Shown: positions 26,073 through 35,915 of the stretch, piece after piece
Position numbering within the stretch: position 1 is the stretch's first letter
Layout: each line of letters starts with the position of its first letter
From: an uncultured Acidobacteriaceae bacterium
Lineage (GTDB): Bacteria; Acidobacteriota; Terriglobia; Terriglobales; Acidobacteriaceae
Direction of reading: 5' to 3'
Length of the DNA: 64,000 nt
Assembly (NCBI GenBank): GCA_963796895.1
Contig: CAWCNN010000005.1
Span: forward strand, 18,659-82,658
Position numbers and translations under genes: made by a program
Notes under the pieces: model-generated
The model's database searches: none
What the model was told of the DNA's origin: nothing
What the model saw: the letters and a program-made list of their open reading frames with translations, nothing else

Positions 26073-27346
26073 ATGAACAGCGAACGTAATATCCGCCGTA
26101 CTGTCCTCCCCAGCGGCCTCATCGTCCTCACTGAGCGTATGGAGCACGTGCGCTCCGTCGCCATGGGCGTCTGGATGCGTGCCGGCTCGCGCCACGAAAT
26201 CCCTGAACTCAACGGCATCTCGCATTTTGTCGAGCACATGGTTTTCAAGGGCACCAAATCGCGCTCCGCGCAGCGCATTGCCCGCGAGGTGGACGCCATC
26301 GGCGGCAACCTCGACGCCTTCACCGGCAAAGAAACCGTCTGCTTCAACATCAAGGTCCTCGACGAGCACGTCCCCACTGCCCTCGACGTCCTCTCCGACC
26401 TCGTCCTCAATCCCGTCTTCGCCAGCGAAGAAATTGCCCGCGAGCGCGGCGTCATCCTTGAGGAAATCAAGATGGACGAGGACAGCCCCGACACTCTCGT
26501 CCACGAAATCTTCATGCAGAATTTCTGGAAGGGCCACCCGCTCGGCAAGCCCATCCTCGGCACCCGCGAGACGGTCCGCAGCTTCGAGCAGAACACCCTC
26601 GTCCGCTTCTTCGAGCAGCGCTTCCAGGCCGGCAACATGGTCTTCTCCGCCGCTGGCAACCTCGAACACGACAGCTTCGTCGAGATGGTCGCCCGCAACT
26701 TTGGCTCGCTCGCCTCCGGCAGCAGTGTCAGCACCGACGCCGCACCTACCGTCACCCCGCGCATTCATCTGCGCAACAAGAAATCCCTCGAGCAGGTGCA
26801 ACTCTGCCTCGGCGTTCCCGCCCCCCCATCGCCGACGAGACCCGCTACCCAGCGCTCCTGTTGAACACAATTCTCGGTGGCGGCATGAGCTCCCGCCTCT
26901 TCCAGACCGTCCGCGAAGAGCGCGGCCTGGTCTATGCCATCTACTCTGACCTCGCTCCTTATCGCGACACGGGCTCCCTCTGCGTCTACGCGGGAACCTC
27001 ATCGGACCGCGCCGTCCAGGTCATCGACCTCATCATGGAGGAATTCCGCCGCCTCAAGACCGAGCCTCTCCAGCCCGGCGAACTCCGCCGCGCCCAGGAT
27101 CAACTGAAGGGCAATCTCCTCCTCTCGCTCGAAAGCTCCATGTCGCGCATGTCCAACCTCGCGCGCCAACAGATGTACTTCGAGCGTTTCTTCGGACTCG
27201 ACGAGATCATCGACCGCGTCGAAGCCGTCACCGAAGAAGAAGTCATGACCATGGCCGGCAATCTCTTCCAGCCGGAGCGCGTGGCCCTCACCCTTCTCGG
27301 TCGGCTCGATGGCCTGCACCTCGGTCGCAAGCAGCTCGTCTGCTAA
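26073..27346 (+). pseudogene. M16-family zinc peptidase (insulinase-like), one frame break in a C7 run
   Basis: HFVEHMVFKG (HxxEH zinc motif) and REVDAIGGNLDAFTGKE. ORF 1 ends ...LGVPAPPSPTRPATQRSC*, while the shifted reading IADETRYPALLLNTILGGGMSSRLFQTVREERGLVY continues to 27346. The break is at the C-run 26821..26827. Confidence 0.85.
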
Positions 27347-28674
27347 ATTCGCTCCACCACCGCCGCGAAGAAGCCGTCGCACGGCTGCATGCCGGGAATC
27401 GTCCTCAGGAAACTTCGCTCGATCGCGCTCCCTAACCGAGCCCGGCCCTGCGCCGTCACCACGCCGCTCTTCGTGATCTGATCCAGCATCGGCGCAATCG
27501 GCGCCACTTCGAAGCCGTCCGCTGCCCGCAGCACTTCCGCCACCACTTCCTCGTTCTCCTCCGGCTCCAGCGAGCACGTCGAATACACCAGCCGCCCACC
27601 CGCCTTCAGTCCCCGCAGCCCCGCCCGCAGGATCGCAGCCTGACGCGCATGCTGTCGCGCCAGATCCGCTTCCGTCACCCGCACCCGGATCTCCGGATTC
27701 CGTGCCATTGTCCCAGTCCCGCTGCACGGCACATCGCACAGGATCAGGTCCCACTCCGGCTTGAGCTCCATCTTCGTGGCATCGGCGAGAAGGAAGTCCA
27801 ACCGATTCTCACCACCTGTCGCGAAGCGGCCCGCCCGTGCGGCCAGCACCATGCTCTCCAGCCGCTTCCGGCTGATATCTACCGCCGTAATCTCTGCTTG
27901 CGGTAATCGTTCCGCCAGAACCGCCGTCTTCCCCCCCGGCGCCGCACACAAATCCAGCACGCGCACGGCGCCTTCAACCGCACCGGCCGCAACTTCCGCA
28001 ACTAGCTGCGACGCTTCATCCTGAACCCGAAACCGCCTTACGCTCGCTGAGCTCCCCGCTGCATCGCCACGTATAACCCGCCGTGCCGACGTCAGGAAAT
28101 ACCCCGCCTCTGTCTCAAGATCCGCAGGCTCGAAACCCTGCATGACCCGCAACGTAGCGGCCGCCGGCTCCTGATCCCACCGGCAGATCGCCTCCGCCGC
28201 CTCTACCCCATAACGCCGCACCCACCGCTGGACCATCCACGCACGATGCGCCCCAACGGCCGGGTCAATTCCGCGCGAATCGCCTCCGCCTGGACGGCCA
28301 ACCCTCCGCAGCACGGCATTCACCATCCCCGCCGCCCCGCGTTCCTTACCTTCCTTCACCAGCTCCACGGCATCGTGGATCACAGCATGGGCCGGCACTC
28401 GGTCCAGATGCAGCAGCTGATACGCGCCCATCTGCAGCGCCACCGCTGCCTCGGCGCTCAACCTCGCTTCCGGACGCGCCAGCAGCGCCTGTACTTGCGC
28501 ATCCAGCGCCAGCTGCCAGCGCAATGTTCCTAATACCAGCGTGGTCGCCAGCGCTCGATCCTGCGCGGATAACGCATCCACCTCCGCGGACCGCAGCAGA
28601 TCATCGCTGTGCGCATCCGTCGTCGCAACATGGAACAGGATTCGATACGCAATTCGTCGCGCGGGGGCAATCAT
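27343..28674 (-). CDS. rsmB: 16S rRNA (cytosine967-C5)-methyltransferase
   Basis: N-terminal NusB-like domain (MIAPARRIAYRILFHV...), then VLDLCAAPGGKT, DVPCSGTGT and LVYSTCSLEPEENE. The start at 28674 lies 5 nt after the fmt stop. Confidence 0.9.
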   Translation of the reverse strand: MIAPARRIAYRILFHVATTDAHSDDLLRSAEVDALSAQDRALATTLVLGTLRWQLALDAQVQALLARPEARLSAEAAVALQMGAYQLLHLDRVPAHAVIHDAVELVKEGKERGAAGMVNAVLRRVGRPGGGDSRGIDPAVGAHRAWMVQRWVRRYGVEAAEAICRWDQEPAAATLRVMQGFEPADLETEAGYFLTSARRVIRGDAAGSSASVRRFRVQDEASQLVAEVAAGAVEGAVRVLDLCAAPGGKTAVLAERLPQAEITAVDISRKRLESMVLAARAGRFATGGENRLDFLLADATKMELKPEWDLILCDVPCSGTGTMARNPEIRVRVTEADLARQHARQAAILRAGLRGLKAGGRLVYSTCSLEPEENEEVVAEVLRAADGFEVAPIAPMLDQITKSGVVTAQGRARLGSAIERSFLRTIPGMQPCDGFFAAVVERI

Positions 28675-28679
28675 AGGCT

Positions 28680-29624
28680 TCAGCCGAGCTGGGCGCCCGT
28701 CTGGATGCTGTGTCCCCTCAGAAACTCCCCCGCCGTCATCTTTCTTTTTCCCTCCGCCTGTATCTCGACGAGTTCCAGCCACGTACCCTCTCCGCAGGCA
28801 GCAAACAGGGTCCCTTCCTCCACCAGCAACTCTCCGGGCGAACCCCATCGCACCCCGCGCACCTCGGTCGGCAACATCCGGTGCACGGCCAGCTTCTTTC
28901 CGCCCAGCAGCGTCCAGGCCCCCGGCCACGGCTGAAATCCTCGCCATCGGTTGTAAAGCGCCATCGCAGGCCGCGTGAAATCCATTCGCCCGTCCTCACG
29001 CGTCAGAATCGGCGCCACCGTCGCCTTCGACTCATCCTGCTTCCGCGGCGTAATCGTCCCTGCATCCAGCCCGCGCAGCGTCTCCATCATCAGGTCCGCG
29101 CCCATCTCCGCCAACAGCGGAAACACGTCGGCCGCAGTCATGCTCGGAGCCAGCGCCATCTCGCGCTGCAACAGAATGTCTCCGGTATCGAGCCCCTCAT
29201 CGAGGCGCATCGTCGTCGCGCCCGTCGCGCCCTCGCCATTCGCAATCGCCCATTGCACCGGCGCGGCCCCGCGGTACTTCGGCAGCAAGGATCCATGCAA
29301 ATTCAGGTTTCCCAGCCGCGGCAGATCGAGCATCCATTTCGGAATGATCCGCCCATAAGCGACCACCAGAATCGCATCCGGCTGGATGCGCTCCAGTTCC
29401 GCCCGAAACTCTTCATTGTTTTTGATCTTCTCCGGCTGAGTGACGCGAATCCCTGCCTCGATGGCTGCTCTCTTCACCGGGGGAGCCGTCAGCACCTGCT
29501 CCCGCCCTGCTCGCCTGTCCGGTTGCGTTACCACCAGCGGCACTTCATACCCGGCGCGCAATGCCAGTTTCAGCGTCGGCACCCCAAAAACCGGCGTCCC
29601 GCAGAACACCAGCTTCATTTCCAT
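28680..29624 (-). CDS. fmt: methionyl-tRNA formyltransferase
   Basis: M(E)MKLVFCGTPVFGVPTL, NLHGSLLPKYRGAAPVQWAI. The alternative start at 29618 makes an ATGA overlap with the def stop. Confidence 0.93.
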   Translation of the reverse strand: MEMKLVFCGTPVFGVPTLKLALRAGYEVPLVVTQPDRRAGREQVLTAPPVKRAAIEAGIRVTQPEKIKNNEEFRAELERIQPDAILVVAYGRIIPKWMLDLPRLGNLNLHGSLLPKYRGAAPVQWAIANGEGATGATTMRLDEGLDTGDILLQREMALAPSMTAADVFPLLAEMGADLMMETLRGLDAGTITPRKQDESKATVAPILTREDGRMDFTRPAMALYNRWRGFQPWPGAWTLLGGKKLAVHRMLPTEVRGVRWGSPGELLVEEGTLFAACGEGTWLELVEIQAEGKRKMTAGEFLRGHSIQTGAQLG

Positions 29625-30127
29625 TCGCCGGATTTCTGCATCTTGCGAATCTTCCGCAGGATCAGATCCCGCTTCAATGCGCTCACTCGCCACGGGAACA
29701 GAATTCCGTCGAGATGATCGATCTCATGCTGCAGGGCACGCGCCAGCAGTTCCTCTCCCTCCATCTCGAACCACTTTCCCTCCAGATCCTGCGCCTTTAC
29801 CCTGACCTTCGCCGCCCGCGATACCCTGTCACGAATCTCCGGCAAACTCAGGCAGCCTTCTTCCTCAACCTGCTTGCCTTCCTTGTGAAGGATCTCCGGG
29901 TTCACCAGCACGATCTTGTCCTTCGGGTCTTTCTGGTTGCTCAGGTCGATCACCGTAATCCTCTTCCCCACACCAACCTGAGGCGCGGCCAGACCGATTC
30001 CTATGGCCTTGTACATCGACTCAAACATATCTGCGGCCAGCGTCCGTAGTTCCCCGTCGAACTCGGTCACCTTCTCGGTCGGCCGCTGCAAAATCGGTTC
30101 CGGATATTTAACGATTTCTCGAATCAT
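29615..30127 (-). CDS. def: peptide deformylase
   Basis: GIGLAAPQVG, EGCLSLP and QHEIDHL motifs. 170 aa from MIREIVKYPEPIL. Confidence 0.93.
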   Translation of the reverse strand: MIREIVKYPEPILQRPTEKVTEFDGELRTLAADMFESMYKAIGIGLAAPQVGVGKRITVIDLSNQKDPKDKIVLVNPEILHKEGKQVEEEGCLSLPEIRDRVSRAAKVRVKAQDLEGKWFEMEGEELLARALQHEIDHLDGILFPWRVSALKRDLILRKIRKMQKSGEWK

Positions 30128-30243
30128 GCTGCGCTTGTATCCCGGTTCTTCTAAGTTTTCCCGCTCGCTATGGCCCGCCCGTGTTCTGGCCGCTCGCTCG
30201 CCGCTCGCTCGAGTTTGCGACCCGCTACAGGCCACCGGCTCGC

Positions 30244-31422
30244 CTAGTATTTTCCCACCTGCTCCACATAACCCTCATAGTTCCTCTTCAGCTCCCGCAG
30301 CGAATCCCCGCCGAACTTCTCCAGCGCCAGCTTCGCCATGGTCAGTGCCACCATGGCCTCGGCCGCTACGCCCGCCGCTGGAACCACACAGACGTCGCTC
30401 CGTTCGTACGCTGCCTTCGTCTCCTCCCGGGTATCGAACCGCACCGATTGCAGCGGACGCCGCAGCGTCGAAATCGGCTTCAGGTAGCCTCGCACCACAA
30501 TATCCTCGCCGTTCGAAATCCCGCCTTCCACCCCGCCCGCATTGTTGTGTTCCCGGGTGAAGCGGGTGTGCCGTCCGTTCCGCGTATCGGCATAGCCAAT
30601 CGCATCATGCACCTGAGATCCCAGCGACTCCGCCGCGGTCACGCCGCGCCCAATCTCGACGGCCTTTACCGCCTGCAGCGACATCACCGCCTGCGCCAGC
30701 AGCCCATCCAGCCGCTCATCCCAGTTCGCGCATGTCCCGATCCCCGGGGCCGCCCCGTGTACGACCACTTCGAACACGCCCCCCACGGTATCCCCCGTAC
30801 GCAGCACCGCGTCCACTTCCGCCTTCATCCGCTGCTCGGCCTCTGCGTCCACGCAATTGAGGAGTACTTCATCCTTCTCCCGCAGGGAAGCAATCTCCTC
30901 CCACGTGGCGTCGCGCTCCAGTTCCACAGCGCCCACGCGGATCACGTGGCTCGCGACGTCCATGCCCAATTCCAGCAAAAGTTGCTTCGCTACGGCTCCT
31001 GCCGCCACGCGTGCGGTCGACTCGCGCGCCGACGCCCGTTCCAGCACGTAGCGCGCATCCGGAAAATCCCATTTCAACGCGCCGGCGAGATCGGCGTGAC
31101 CTGGCCGTGGCGAGACTACAGTCTTGTGCTTGGTCGGATCGCCCGCTGCCACCGGCAGAGCCTCGGTCCAGTTCTTCCAGTCCCGGTTCTCGATCTCAAT
31201 CGCGATCGGAGACCCGATCGTCTTTCCATGCCGCACCCCGCTTAGGAAATGCACAGTGTCGGTTTCAATCCGCATTCGACCGCCGCGCCCATAACCCTGC
31301 TGGCGGCGCCACAACTCGCGGTTGGCAAAGGTCTCATCCACCCGCACGCCCGCAGGCATTCCCGAGACCAGAGCCACAAGGCTCTCCCCGTGCGACTCTC
31401 CGGCAGTGGAAAAACGCAGCAT
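30244..31422 (-). CDS. aroC: chorismate synthase
   Basis: MLRFSTAGESHGESLVALVSGMPAG, GYGRGGRM, SARESTARVAAGAV. 392 aa. Confidence 0.95.
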   Translation of the reverse strand: MLRFSTAGESHGESLVALVSGMPAGVRVDETFANRELWRRQQGYGRGGRMRIETDTVHFLSGVRHGKTIGSPIAIEIENRDWKNWTEALPVAAGDPTKHKTVVSPRPGHADLAGALKWDFPDARYVLERASARESTARVAAGAVAKQLLLELGMDVASHVIRVGAVELERDATWEEIASLREKDEVLLNCVDAEAEQRMKAEVDAVLRTGDTVGGVFEVVVHGAAPGIGTCANWDERLDGLLAQAVMSLQAVKAVEIGRGVTAAESLGSQVHDAIGYADTRNGRHTRFTREHNNAGGVEGGISNGEDIVVRGYLKPISTLRRPLQSVRFDTREETKAAYERSDVCVVPAAGVAAEAMVALTMAKLALEKFGGDSLRELKRNYEGYVEQVGKY

Positions 31423-31488
31423 TCTTGCTCAGTTCCTTGTTCGATTGTAGATGAAGAAATCGTGAAGATGCGGGGCGCGGTGCCCGGC

Positions 31489-31866
31489 CTATTCCGCGAT
31501 CCAGGCGTACTGCTTTTCCGTCAGCGGAACCACCGACAATCGACCCTGCCGCACCAACAGAGAATCCGCGAAAATAGCGTTTGCCTTGATCTCCGCCAGC
31601 GTCCGCGGCGTCTTCGTCTTCTTCAAAAACTTGATCCGCACCTGCGGATTCTTAGCGTCGCTGGCGTCCACCGATACCACCTTCGCCAGCCCCACAGTTC
31701 GCTTTTCATCGCCGGTATGGTAGATCACGAGCATTTCACCCTTCTGCATGCCCGCCAGATTCCGCACAGCCACCGGATTCGAGACACCGTCCCACACAGT
31801 CTCGCCCTCCCGCTCCAGATCGTCGACCGAATAGGTGCCCGGCTCAGTCTTCAAAAGGTAGGGCAT
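31489..31866 (-). CDS. EVE domain protein (PUA-like fold)
   Basis: MPYLLKTEPGTYSVDDLEREGETVWDGVSNPVAVRNL..GE.LVIYHTG....VGLAKVVS ... SVVPLTEKQYAWI is the typical EVE pattern. Its start overlaps the preceding gene by 23 nt. Confidence 0.8.
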   Translation of the reverse strand: MPYLLKTEPGTYSVDDLEREGETVWDGVSNPVAVRNLAGMQKGEMLVIYHTGDEKRTVGLAKVVSVDASDAKNPQVRIKFLKKTKTPRTLAEIKANAIFADSLLVRQGRLSVVPLTEKQYAWIAE

Positions 31867-32983
31867 GGTTCCTCGCCTCCTGGCTCTGATGTTCGCCTTC
31901 GTACTTGCCGTTCCCGGATCTCAGTCCGGCCTGCTCGACCACGACCGATTCAGTCATGCTCTCCCGAACCCGGGCCTCTTCACCCGAACCGGCGGGCATC
32001 GTCCTCGCCGCGCTCGCCGCCAGATACGCCTGGGTGTTCAGTAGCTGCCGCTCCAGCGGACGAACCCACTCCGTCATCTCCGCTCCCGAGCGCCCACTCG
32101 CCTCAGCACGCGCCAGCTCACTGCGAACCGTCTGCATCTTCGCGTCCAGATTGTCCAGGTAATGCAGCAGCACCGCTTCCGCCGTCATGGGAAGCTTGGG
32201 CGAACCATATTCATACTCGCCATGATGGCTCAGCACCAGGTGCTCCACCAACAGCCGCTTGGCAGACGGGAAATTCGGAATCCCGGCGATCCTCTGCTCG
32301 ATCATCCCGATCCCGATCGTGATGTGCCCCAGCAGCTGCCCTTCCATTGTGTAGTCGAAGCTCGTTCCCCACCGCAGCTCTTTCAGCTTCCCGATATCGT
32401 GCAGGACGACTCCGGTGAGCAGCAAATCCCGGTTCACTTCCGGATAATGCCGCGCCGCCAGCTCGCTCATTTCCATCAGCGAGAGAATATGCTCCAGCAG
32501 CCCCCCAATCCAGGCATGATGCAGGCCTTTCGCCGCCGGCGCCTCGCGCAACCCAGCCCCAATCTCCGCATCGTTCAGGAAAGCCACGAGCAGCGCCTTC
32601 AGATCCGGGTCGCTGAAGCTCTGCACCCAGCGTTCCAGCTCCGCCCACATCTCACTGATATCCCGCTGCGACTGGGGAACAAAATCCCCAAGTTCGTATT
32701 CACCCGCAACCGCGCGGCGAATCTTATCCACCTTGATCTGCAGCCGGTCATTAAAACGGCAAACCTCGCCGCGCAACTTCACCACGTCCCCAGGTTCGAA
32801 CGGCCCGGCGTCGCCGATCTCCCACATCCTTCCGTCGATCGGCCCCGTCCGATCCGCCAGCGTCAGCGCGAAATACCGGCCGCCATCGCGCCCCGTACGC
32901 ACCTGCTTCGACACCGCCGCGAAGAACCCGGTAATCTCCTGGTTCTCTCGGCTCGCCAGATCGGCCACCATCGGAATTTTCAT
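31844..32983 (-). CDS. yhaM: OB-fold + HD-domain 3'-5' exoribonuclease, YhaM-like
   Basis: N-terminal OB fold (FALTLADRTGPIDGRMWE ... VVKLRGEVCRFNDRLQIKV), then an HD domain (HHAWIGGLLEHILS, VLHDIGK, LSHHGEYEYGSP), then a low-complexity tail of about 60 aa. Confidence 0.8.
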   Translation of the reverse strand: MKIPMVADLASRENQEITGFFAAVSKQVRTGRDGGRYFALTLADRTGPIDGRMWEIGDAGPFEPGDVVKLRGEVCRFNDRLQIKVDKIRRAVAGEYELGDFVPQSQRDISEMWAELERWVQSFSDPDLKALLVAFLNDAEIGAGLREAPAAKGLHHAWIGGLLEHILSLMEMSELAARHYPEVNRDLLLTGVVLHDIGKLKELRWGTSFDYTMEGQLLGHITIGIGMIEQRIAGIPNFPSAKRLLVEHLVLSHHGEYEYGSPKLPMTAEAVLLHYLDNLDAKMQTVRSELARAEASGRSGAEMTEWVRPLERQLLNTQAYLAASAARTMPAGSGEEARVRESMTESVVVEQAGLRSGNGKYEGEHQSQEARNHALPFED

Positions 32984-32992
32984 TTTCGTGGA

Positions 32993-34795
32993 TTACAACT
33001 GCGGCTGACTCGGCTGCGTTCCCTGCGCGGGAGGCGGCGTCCCGTTCTGCGTTCCGGAACCTTCCGGGTTGTTCTTGTCCTGGTTCGTCATCCGCCGCTT
33101 GGGTCCTGCCTTTGCCGGATTCGGCTTCTTCTGTTTCGTCGTATCCCCGTTCAGGCCCAGCGCCGATTGCTGCTGCTTCTGTTCCGCCAGCTGCTCCGGC
33201 GTGAATGTTGGAGGTGCGAATTTCTGCTTCTTATTCGCCGCCTTCTCCTCGGCTCTCTTCTGCTTCGATTCCTTCATTCGATCCGTGAACCGAGTCTTCT
33301 TCGTCTTCTCCGTGTCCGCACCACTGTTGATCACGTCGCCTTCAGCGTTGGTCATCACGGCGTTCGGAGCCGATCCGTTCACTGCAGCCTGCTCTGTCGA
33401 CTCGGTGGTGGAAGGCGCTGCCGCTCCGGCATCTACCTCTCTTGTCGGTCCCGCCGGCAAGGTTTCCCGCGGTGCCTGCCCAAACCGGATCTTCTCCCTC
33501 TTCCCCGGTTTCTCCGTCTTCGAAGTCGCTACCTGCACAGGCGAGCCCTTTTGCGAGTTCACCTGATCCAGTGTGGGCACTCCTGCCGGTGGCGCGCCAC
33601 CGCTGCCCGCCGTCTCCTTCGGCATCCGCTGCGGCTTCTCCCGGAATCGCCCCCGCTCCGCGTGCTTCTTCTTCTTCGGCTGCGGCGGCTGATACGCGCC
33701 CTCGATAAATTTGATCTCGTTGGGCGTTGCGCCGGAATCGGAGTACGGCGCTCTTACCTGGATCGCCGCCTCGTCGCGAAGCTTCGCCAGGTAGGCGCGC
33801 ATCGCCGGCTCCATCTTTTGCATCCCGATCTTTTCCTGAATCTGGTTCTGCACCTGATCCAGTGGCATGGTCCCGCCCTTATCGTGCTCGGTCACTTCCA
33901 GAATCAGCCAGCCCTGCTTCGTCCGAATCGGCGCCGTGTATTGTCCTGGCTGCAAACTGAAGGTCGCGTCCTCCATTACCTTCGGAAGATCGCCACGCTT
34001 GTAGTCCCCCAGCCGTCCCCCCTCCGCAGCCGTCGGCCCATTTGAATCCGCTTTCGCCACCGTGGTGAAATCCGCGCCCGCCTTCAGCCGTGCCTCAACG
34101 TCGGTCGCCTTCTTCTCGGCTGCCGCTACCTGCGCTCCATCTTCCGGATTCGGCGTCGCGATCAGAATCTCGTTCAGCTTCACCTGCTCCGGCCGCTGAA
34201 AGTCCTGCAGGTGCGCCTCGTAATACGCTCGGATCTCCGATGGCGCGATGTCAATTCTGCGCCCCACTTCCTGGCTGATTACATCCGACTGGACCACGCT
34301 CGCCCGAATCTGCTCTTTCAGGTCCTCCCAGGACACGCCCTGCGCCTCGGCTGCCTTTTGCAGATCCTCCATGTTGTCCATGTGGTACTGCTTGCGCATA
34401 TCGTCCAGCCGCTTCACCACCTCGGACTCGCCCGTGATGCCCAGTTCCTTCCCCTTCGACAGCAGCAGCTGTTTGTCGATCAACGACCGCAGCAGATCGC
34501 GCCGTTGCTGCATGACCTCCTGCTGGGACCACCCCTGCTGCTGCGCCTCCTGATCCAGCTCATGTTCGGCCCGCTCATAGTCGGATTTACTGATTACCCG
34601 ATCATTGACCATAGCCACAATCTCTTCCACTACCGTCCCCTGATAGGGCGACGCAGGGGTGCGCTGCGTTTCCATGAAGTTGGACCCGCGACTCTGAGCT
34701 TGAGCGGACTGATCGGTGCCGGTTGCGAAAACGAGGACCACGCTGGCGGCCAGCGCGGCGGAATACCAGGAAAATCGATGCATCATAGGGATCAA
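32993..34795 (-). CDS. SurA/PpiD-like periplasmic chaperone with a parvulin PPIase domain and a long disordered C-terminal extension
   Basis: Signal-like N-terminus, SurA-N-like helices (IVAMVNDRVISKSDYERA), a parvulin-like segment (LNEILIATP... GGRLGDYKRGDLPKVMEDATFSLQPGQYTAPIRTKQGWLILEV), then about 250 aa of K/P/Q/T/G-rich sequence to the stop. Confidence 0.8.
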   Translation of the reverse strand: MIPMMHRFSWYSAALAASVVLVFATGTDQSAQAQSRGSNFMETQRTPASPYQGTVVEEIVAMVNDRVISKSDYERAEHELDQEAQQQGWSQQEVMQQRRDLLRSLIDKQLLLSKGKELGITGESEVVKRLDDMRKQYHMDNMEDLQKAAEAQGVSWEDLKEQIRASVVQSDVISQEVGRRIDIAPSEIRAYYEAHLQDFQRPEQVKLNEILIATPNPEDGAQVAAAEKKATDVEARLKAGADFTTVAKADSNGPTAAEGGRLGDYKRGDLPKVMEDATFSLQPGQYTAPIRTKQGWLILEVTEHDKGGTMPLDQVQNQIQEKIGMQKMEPAMRAYLAKLRDEAAIQVRAPYSDSGATPNEIKFIEGAYQPPQPKKKKHAERGRFREKPQRMPKETAGSGGAPPAGVPTLDQVNSQKGSPVQVATSKTEKPGKREKIRFGQAPRETLPAGPTREVDAGAAAPSTTESTEQAAVNGSAPNAVMTNAEGDVINSGADTEKTKKTRFTDRMKESKQKRAEEKAANKKQKFAPPTFTPEQLAEQKQQQSALGLNGDTTKQKKPNPAKAGPKRRMTNQDKNNPEGSGTQNGTPPPAQGTQPSQPQL

Positions 34796-34994
34796 CGTCT
34801 CGGCGCCCCGCTACGATCCGCCACGAAAAGCCGCCATGCGGCTCCTCTTACCGTCCGAACTTCTCGTTGCTGGCGCTTGCTCTAATTGTACAGCCCGATG
34901 CGCGGATATTCCCCGGGCCGCTGTCCTCGATTTAGGACGATCTCGCCTCCCAAACGTCAACGAAAGCGACCGCTTTCTTCCACTCGCTCGCAGC

Positions 34995-35819
34995 ATGTAC
35001 TCTCACCCCATGACCAGCTTCGCAGTACCTCCGCGCTCTCCCGCTCTGCGACCGTTCATCCATTCGCTCCATTACCACGAGATGGATCTGCCCTTTGCTC
35101 TGGAACGCATCGTTCCTTCCGGTCAGATACACCTGATGATCAACCTCGCTGAAGACGAGTTCCGCACCTACCCTCGTGCATCGCGCGACGAGGTCACCCG
35201 CCATCCCGGCGCCTTCCTTGCTGGTCCTCATGCCCGCCCCATCGTTCTCGACACCCATGACTTTCGCTGGCTCGCCGCCGTCCAGTTTCGCCCGGGCGCC
35301 GCCGCAGCCTTCTTCTCCATGCCCATGACCGAGACTCGCGATCAGGTCGTCGACCTCGCAGACCTGTGGCGCAGCGATGGCGTCTCCCTGCGCGAACGCC
35401 TGCTCGAAGCGCCGACCCCCGGAGAGAAGCTCGCCGTCCTCGAAGCCTGTCTCCTTGACCACCTGCACCCCCGTTTCGACCCCGCTATCGCCTGGGCCGT
35501 CGCTCTTCTGCGTCAGTCCGTGCCGGTCGCGGTCGTCGCCTGCAGGCTGGGTCTACAGCCCAAAACCCTGACTCGCCGCTTCTCCGCGTGGACCGGGCTC
35601 CCCCCCAAACGCTTCGCCCGCGTTTGCCGCCTCCAATCCGTCCTGCGCACCGTGCGCCAGGCATCCACGATCGACTGGTGCGGTCTCGCCGCCCAGCACG
35701 GCTTCGCCGACCAGGCCCACCTTGCCCACGAATTCCGAGCCCTCGCCGGCATTACGCCCTCGGAATACAAGCCTGCGTCTCCGCGCCGCGGCAACCATAT
35801 CCCTGTTCACCTGGCCTGA
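34995..35819 (+). CDS. AraC-family transcriptional regulator
   Basis: C-terminal HTH region (VACRLGLQPKTLTRRFSAWTGLPPKRFARVCRLQ ... HGFADQAHLAHEFRALAGITPSEY). The start is uncertain (ATG 34995 or 35010). Confidence 0.8.
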   Translation: MYSHPMTSFAVPPRSPALRPFIHSLHYHEMDLPFALERIVPSGQIHLMINLAEDEFRTYPRASRDEVTRHPGAFLAGPHARPIVLDTHDFRWLAAVQFRPGAAAAFFSMPMTETRDQVVDLADLWRSDGVSLRERLLEAPTPGEKLAVLEACLLDHLHPRFDPAIAWAVALLRQSVPVAVVACRLGLQPKTLTRRFSAWTGLPPKRFARVCRLQSVLRTVRQASTIDWCGLAAQHGFADQAHLAHEFRALAGITPSEYKPASPRRGNHIPVHLA

Positions 35820-35915
35820 CCCAGCTGACCTTTTTCTACAAGACACGCGCGCCCGCTTTTCCTACAGTGGGGACAACGGCGGTTCCCATTCCAATCTCAG
35901 GCAGGCCATCACCGC

